The notes beneath the pieces were generated by a model. That model was not told where the DNA came from. It did not search any database and saw only the letters and a list, made by a program, of their open reading frames with translations. A program made the translations under genes and the position numbers. Below, piece after piece: positions 26,399 to 32,000 of a stretch of DNA of 32,000 nucleotides (position 1 is the stretch's first letter; every line of letters starts with the position of its first letter). The stretch is from Candidatus Scalindua sp. (GTDB lineage Bacteria > Planctomycetota > Brocadiia > Brocadiales > Scalinduaceae), in assembly GCA_031316235.1 (NCBI GenBank), contig JALDRA010000001.1, positions 1,260,001 to 1,292,000 of the forward strand, given 5' to 3'.

Positions 26399-26728
26399 GG
26401 TTTTCAACAATGAGAAAAAACTTGACAATGTATAGTAGTTTTTTTAGAATTCCGGTTTTCTTTAATATAAACCCATCCACTGGTATTTCCACAATCTTTA
26501 GAGTAGTTGCTACCTAAATACAATAAATGCACAGGCGCTCAACATCTAACTGTCAATATCATAATCGCGATAGCCGGATATCTTATGAAAAGTTCAAGAG
26601 TAAAGATCTAAAGTCCTCCCTTTCGTTCATCTTTATAAAGGATTTGCACTGAATAGTAATATTAATTCATAATTTATTCAACATTTATATTGAGAAAAAC
26701 AGAGGAATTTTTTGATTTATTTTCATAA

Positions 26729-27805
<1,077 letters not shown>

Positions 27806-27826
27806 AATGTATAAGGAATCCTGACT

Positions 27827-29017
27827 ATGACCAAACTGTTTATTAAAGACGTCAACCTCAAAGGGAAAAAGGTCTTTGTACGTGTGGATTATAACGTTCC
27901 CCTTGATGAGCAGGGGAATATAACTGATGATGCCAGAATACGTGCTACCCTGCCAACCCTAAACTATCTTCTTGATGAAAACGCGAAGATTGTCCTGGCA
28001 TCACACCTGGGAAGACCAGGTGGAAAGATCGTACCAGGCCTCAGTGTCAGACCAATTGCAAAGAGGTTGAACAGACTACTCGGTAAAGAAGTAAAGCTTG
28101 CAAAGGATTGTATAGGGCCGGACGTAGAGCATCAAATAAACAATTTGAAGTCTGGTGATGTCCTGCTTCTGGAAAATCTGCGTTTTCATAGTGAAGAAGA
28201 AGAAAATGATCCGGAATTTGCGAAGGCCCTTGTAGGTTCCTGTGATGTATTCATACAGGAAGCTTTTGGTAACTGTCACAGATCTCATGCCTCCATGGTA
28301 AGTATCAATGGTGCCGTTTCACAGGCTGCCGCTGGATTTCTTTTAAAGAAAGAGATTGATTATTTCGAGAAAGCTATAAACAATCCTTTAAGGCCCTTGG
28401 TTGCCATAGTTGGCGGTGCAAAGGTTGTGGATAAGATTAAGATTATCGAGAACCTCGTTAAAAAGGTTGATAAATTACTCATTGGTGGCGCGATGGCATT
28501 TCCCTTTCTCAACGTTCACGGCTATGGGGTAGGAAAAGCGAAGATTGATGAGACCGTAATAGTAAAGGTAATGATGATAAACAAGCTTGCAAAAGAGCGG
28601 GGGGTGAAGATATATCTACCCGTAGACTTTGTAATAGCAGACAATTTTGATAAACGGGCCGAGACAAAGGTTGCAACATTCCAGGAGATTCCTGATGATT
28701 GGTATGCGCTTGATATAGGGCCTGCGAGTACAAAGCTCTTCTCTGAAGCGATGCAGAACGCGAAAACTATTATCTGGAATGGGCCTATGGGTGCATTTGA
28801 AATGGACGCTTTCAGCAGAGGTACATACGCAATGGTTGAGTCAGTAGTTTCGGCATATGCTTTGACTATTGTCGGAGGAGGAGACACTGACCTTGCATTC
28901 CATAGGATGGGAGAATCGTATAAGGTTTCCTTTATTTCCACTGGAGGTGGAGCATTCCTGGAGCTGCTGGAAGGTAAAGAACTTCCCGGTGTGGCAACCC
29001 TTACCGACAAGACCTGA
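27827..29017 (+). CDS. pgk: Phosphoglycerate kinase
   Basis: 396 aa ORF with VRVDYNVPL, ASHLGRP, NLRFH, GGAKVVDKI and STGGGAFLE. Confidence 0.95.
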   Translation: MTKLFIKDVNLKGKKVFVRVDYNVPLDEQGNITDDARIRATLPTLNYLLDENAKIVLASHLGRPGGKIVPGLSVRPIAKRLNRLLGKEVKLAKDCIGPDVEHQINNLKSGDVLLLENLRFHSEEEENDPEFAKALVGSCDVFIQEAFGNCHRSHASMVSINGAVSQAAAGFLLKKEIDYFEKAINNPLRPLVAIVGGAKVVDKIKIIENLVKKVDKLLIGGAMAFPFLNVHGYGVGKAKIDETVIVKVMMINKLAKERGVKIYLPVDFVIADNFDKRAETKVATFQEIPDDWYALDIGPASTKLFSEAMQNAKTIIWNGPMGAFEMDAFSRGTYAMVESVVSAYALTIVGGGDTDLAFHRMGESYKVSFISTGGGAFLELLEGKELPGVATLTDKT

Positions 29018-29127
29018 CAAAACATTTCGCAACTCCAGGAAACAAAGAACAGTGCAATGTCATTCCGGGCTTAATAAACTGATAAGGTGAAAATATATTA
29101 CCGAACAACCGTGTTGATATTCTTACG

Positions 29128-29281
29128 ATACTCACCTTATAATGGTTTTCAGATAAAATCCGAGACAAATTTGAGCGAGTATACCTTCACCAAGATTTGG
29201 TTTCCGGTAAAACCGAAAACCAAATCGGTTTTAGTATAGCAGAGGCCTTTTGCGAGGTTGTTATTTTCCGAAATCATTCTC
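29128..29281 (+). repeat. MITE-like intergenic repeat, copy C (carries an internal deletion of about 28 bp relative to copy B)
   Basis: ATACTCACCTTATAATGGTTTTCAGATAAAATCCGAGACAAATTTGAGCGAGTATACCTTCACCAAGATTTGG is followed by a 10-bp hairpin GATTTGGTTT/AAACCAAATC and GGTTTTAGTATA. TCCGAAATCATTCT (29267-29280) is a degenerate inverted terminus. Confidence 0.75.
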
Positions 29282-29338
29282 CCTGCTGGCTGTTTGGCTA
29301 AGGCAGGAAAACGACTACATAACGACGAACAGGAGTAA

Positions 29339-30025
29339 ATGTATATGCTGATAAAAATAGCCGCATCAATACTTGCCGCTGATCCTACAGAATTCGGAAA
29401 AGAACTGGAGAGGGTAGAAGACGCCGGCATAGATCTGATACATATTGATGTTATGGACGGACATTTTGTCCCCAACATAACAATGGGCCCTTTTATTGTT
29501 GAAGGGATAAAGAAAAAGAGCCGCGTACCTCTGGATATCCATCTCATGATTGAAAATCCAGAAAAATACATAGACTCCTTTGCAGACAAAGCAGAAAAAA
29601 ACGATGTGATAACGTTTCATATTGAAGCGACTGACAATCCTTTAAAAGTAATCGCCATGATAAAAGAAGCTGGGCTTAAGGCCGGGGTTGCGATCAGCCC
29701 TGATACGGATGCAAACTCCGTAAAAGAGCTTTTGAACTCGATTGACATGATTCTCGTAATGAGTGTTTATCCAGGATTTGCGGGACAAAAGTTTATCAAA
29801 GCCGTATGCAGCAAGATTGAAACATTGAGAAATTCAGCCCCGAAAGAGTTAGACATTGGGGTAGATGGCGGAATAAAACCGGAAACAATATCTGATGCTG
29901 CATCCGCAGGAGCAAATGTATTCGCCGCAGCAACATCCATATTTGGAAAGAGTGACTATAAAAAAGCGATACAGGAACTTCGTCTGATCGCTCAGAATCA
30001 CAGTAAGCTTTTAATCAAAAATTAG
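29339..30025 (+). CDS. rpe: Ribulose-phosphate 3-epimerase
   Basis: IAASILAAD...LIHIDVMDGHFVPNITMGP and MSVYPGFAGQKF are present. AGGAG at 29331-29335 is better spaced for the second ATG (29345), so the start is either 29339 or 29345. Confidence 0.9.
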   Translation: MYMLIKIAASILAADPTEFGKELERVEDAGIDLIHIDVMDGHFVPNITMGPFIVEGIKKKSRVPLDIHLMIENPEKYIDSFADKAEKNDVITFHIEATDNPLKVIAMIKEAGLKAGVAISPDTDANSVKELLNSIDMILVMSVYPGFAGQKFIKAVCSKIETLRNSAPKELDIGVDGGIKPETISDAASAGANVFAAATSIFGKSDYKKAIQELRLIAQNHSKLLIKN

Positions 30026-30088
30026 TAGCCGAACTGGTGATAACCTTATATTTTAACCCCTTTACCGTAATCAAAACTGAGAGGTACA

Positions 30089-30910
30089 TTGTTGTTTTTT
30101 AAAAGAAAAAGAAATATGCCCGATGGTTTGTGGACAAGATGCGAGGGATGCAAGAGTGTGGTCTACAAAAAGAAGGTGGAAGAAAAACTCTCCGTCTGTC
30201 CTGAGTGTAATTTCCACTTCAGGATCCCCACATCTGAACGGATAAAGATTATGCTCGACGAAGGGAGTTTTGAAGAATACTGGAAAGATATGTCACCTGT
30301 TGACCCCCTGAACTTTAAAGACCGCATCAGTTATAAAGACAGGGTGAAAATGGAAAAGAAAAAAACCGGTTTAAATGAAGCTGCCACAGCCGGGAAGGGA
30401 ACGATTGAAGGAAAGGAAGTCATCTTTGTTGTAACCGATCCAAGTTTTATCATGGGGAGTATGGGATCTGTTGTTGGAGAGAAGATAGCTAGGGCGGCTG
30501 AAAAGGCACTGGAACTAAGATTACCGATTATTATTGTCTCCGGTTCCGGAGGTGGCGCAAGAATGCACGAAGGGGCCTTCTCTCTTATGCAGATGGCAAA
30601 GACCAGCTTTGTGCTGTCTCGATTACATGAAGCAGGCATTCTCTTCGTCTCAATACTAACCGATCCCACACTCGGTGGTGTAATGGCAAGTTATGCATCA
30701 CAGGCAGACATAATAGTTGGTGAACCCGGCGCTCTTGTAGGATTTGCAGGGCCAAGGGTAATAAGGGAAACCATAAAGAAAACTCTACCAAAGGGGTTTC
30801 AGACAACAGAATTCATGCTTGAACACGGTTTCATTGATATGATAATTGAGAGAGGCAGGCTGAAGCAGGAGCTTTCAAAAATTTTAGAATTTTGCGATAG
30901 TGTGCACTGA
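30089..30910 (+). CDS. accD: Acetyl-CoA carboxylase carboxyltransferase beta subunit
   Basis: N-terminal zinc ribbon CEGCKSVVYKKKVEEKLSVCPECNFHFRI, with GSMGSVVGEKI and SGGARMHEG. The TTG start at 30089 is preceded by GAGG. An alternative ATG lies at 30116. Confidence 0.9.
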   Translation: MLFFKRKRNMPDGLWTRCEGCKSVVYKKKVEEKLSVCPECNFHFRIPTSERIKIMLDEGSFEEYWKDMSPVDPLNFKDRISYKDRVKMEKKKTGLNEAATAGKGTIEGKEVIFVVTDPSFIMGSMGSVVGEKIARAAEKALELRLPIIIVSGSGGGARMHEGAFSLMQMAKTSFVLSRLHEAGILFVSILTDPTLGGVMASYASQADIIVGEPGALVGFAGPRVIRETIKKTLPKGFQTTEFMLEHGFIDMIIERGRLKQELSKILEFCDSVH

Positions 30911-31044
30911 ACATATGAGAGAAATATCCGTATGTGAATGTCCTCGATTTACATAAAAATACCGCTTCCCCGCCAACATGGTCTACAAAGAACAGATGGC
31001 ATGAAAAAAAATGCGGAAATAATCAAAGTATTTATGTTTACGGG

Positions 31045-31073
31045 TTGAAAAATCTAAAATATCATGGTATATA
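31045..31073 (+). promoter_or_regulatory. Candidate sigma-70-type promoter for tRNA-Asn
   Basis: TTGAAA (31045-31050), a 17-nt spacer, then TATATA (31068-31073). It lies about 40 nt upstream of the tRNA 5' end. Confidence 0.4.
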
Positions 31074-31114
31074 TAGTTCACATTCAGGAGAGAAAAAGAA
31101 AAACGAGAATATTT

Positions 31115-31189
31115 TCCCCGGTAGCTCAATGGTAGAGTGGGTGGCTGTTAACCACTAGGCTGTAGGTTCGAATCCTACCCGGGGAGCCA
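31115..31189 (+). tRNA. tRNA-Asn (anticodon GTT), with CCA encoded
   Basis: Manual cloverleaf: acceptor TCCCCGG/CCGGGGA, D arm GCTC-AATGGTA-GAGT, anticodon arm GGTGG-CTGTTAA-CCACT (anticodon GTT), T arm GTAGG-TTCGAAT-CCTAC, discriminator G plus CCA. Total length is 75 nt. Confidence 0.9.
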
Positions 31190-31196
31190 CATTAGA

Positions 31197-31233
31197 CGGA
31201 CAGGGTCAAAAAGCTCTGTCCGCTCTTTATTTT
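31197..31233 (+). terminator. Rho-independent terminator after tRNA-Asn
   Basis: Stem CGGACAG (31197-31203) pairs with CTGTCCG (31216-31222), and CTCTTTATTTT follows. Confidence 0.6.
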
Positions 31234-31463
31234 CATACACTTGTCTCGGTTCTAACCTTAAATAATCCTCTTCTAGTTTGGGATAATATCTCATCCTGTC
31301 TTAGACCGGTATTTAGGGTAAAAACTACTATTTCATAGATCCAGTCAGGACAATTTGCAAGAAGCCTCTTCTCATCGTCCTGGGTTAACCATCTGTCACG
31401 CTCGTTATTCTCTTCCTCTTTTCTTATTTTACGAAAAGGCTTATCCTTGAGCCATTCCCATTC
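31233..31463 (-). pseudogene. Tyrosine recombinase (phage-type integrase) fragment, truncated at both ends
   Basis: Hand translation of the minus strand gives EWEWLKDKPFRKIRKEEENNERDRWLTQDDEKRLLANCPDWIYEIVVFTLNTGLRQDEILSQTRRGLFKVRTETSV*. The R-x-LT-x-DE...LL...VVFTLNTGLRQDEIL stretch matches the start of the integrase catalytic domain, including the first conserved Arg. The fragment has no start codon, has an in-frame TAA directly upstream, and is only 76 codons long. It abuts the tRNA terminator. Confidence 0.6.
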
Positions 31464-31501
31464 TTAAATAGCTAAACTGAAAGCTTTTAAGAGGAGTCTG
31501 A

Positions 31502-32000
31502 TCATTGCAGGCAATCCAGTTTTGCCCAGTTTACCGAGAGGCCGTCTGTTGAAGTATCACTGGCAAAGCCAAACCCTACCCTGCCTGATGCAAGAGAGGT
31601 GTCGTGGCCACTCCAGACAAGTCTGCCGTTAATAAAAAACGTCAAGCTGTCACCGTGTGCAACGACCCGCAGTATATTCGAATTATGTTCGTTTGTGTTT
31701 ATGGCAGATGATAACGTCCAGCCCTGAAGCTCTTTGGTGACTCCACCTAGAGTCTTATATATGGAATATTTACCTGAATTTCTGATCTGAAACGAATAGG
31801 AGTTAGCCGGTTTGCCATTACTCATAACGGCTCCGCTTGCCCTCACTAAAAGACGGATAACTTTATTATTCCCAATTGAACCTCGTTTTAATTCTGCACT
31901 GAAATCAAAGTTTGAATAGATAGCGTTATAAGTGGATGTTGATGACTTGTTACTCACACCATCTGTATGATAATAATCAGACCAGCAACTATCATCACTT
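31502..32000 (-). CDS. Hypothetical protein with a C-terminal concanavalin/LamG-like beta-sandwich pattern; the 5' end probably lies beyond the window
   Basis: The track gives 151 aa from GTG at 31957, but the frame stays open upstream to the window edge (..SDDSCWSDYYHTDG-VSNK..). The alternating beta-strand pattern LRVVAHGDSLTFFINGRLVWSGHDTSLASGRVGFGF...LSVNWAKL resembles DUF1080/LamG-type domains. This is a weak, by-eye assignment. Confidence 0.5.
   Translation of the reverse strand, partial: SDDSCWSDYYHTDGVSNKSSTSTYNAIYSNFDFSAELKRGSIGNNKVIRLLVRASGAVMSNGKPANSYSFQIRNSGKYSIYKTLGGVTKELQGWTLSSAINTNEHNSNILRVVAHGDSLTFFINGRLVWSGHDTSLASGRVGFGFASDTSTDGLSVNWAKLDCLQ

Noticed and set aside
29018-29338. 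The absence of tpiA after gap-pgk as a meaningful deletion caused by repeat copy C
   Set aside because: gap-pgk without an adjacent tpiA is common in bacteria. No tpiA remnant is visible in the 320-bp spacer.
29149-29589. A 146 aa minus-strand ORF (and 29366..29620)
   Set aside because: It is antisense to rpe and extends into repeat copy C. It has no motifs, and rpe is unambiguous on the plus strand.
30934-31158. A 74 aa plus-strand ORF
   Set aside because: It runs through the predicted promoter and into the tRNA-Asn gene, so it is not credible as a CDS.

Overview
This is an AT-rich bacterial chromosomal window (about 40% GC by eye) with a little over 30 genes. The left half (1-16970, all minus strand) looks like an accessory envelope or glycan cluster that is unusually dense in radical SAM (rSAM) enzymes. 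It starts with a GT-C-fold membrane glycosyltransferase carrying C-terminal TPRs. A tightly packed operon follows: a sugar-1-phosphate nucleotidyltransferase, a COG2605/HddA-like GHMP kinase, an extended-SDR epimerase/dehydratase, a DegT-family aminotransferase, three SPASM/twitch rSAM enzymes, four cobalamin-domain (class B) rSAM enzymes, and a DUF218 protein. Six of the rSAM genes form three tandem paralog pairs. An eighth rSAM (B12 domain, long C-terminal extension) overlaps leuA by ATGA at the end of an ilvN-ilvC-leuA string. The right half is housekeeping: larC, nadD, a lipoprotein, gap-pgk, rpe, accD and tRNA-Asn(GTT). A tyrosine-integrase remnant and a partial beta-sandwich protein gene follow the tRNA. 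A MITE-like repeat of about 155-215 bp, with a TATACTCAYCTYATAATGGTTTTCGGATAAAATC end, occurs four times plus one solo end, always between genes. The taxon cannot be established from the sequence alone. The gene content suggests an anaerobe, and an anammox-type planctomycete is one unverified possibility.
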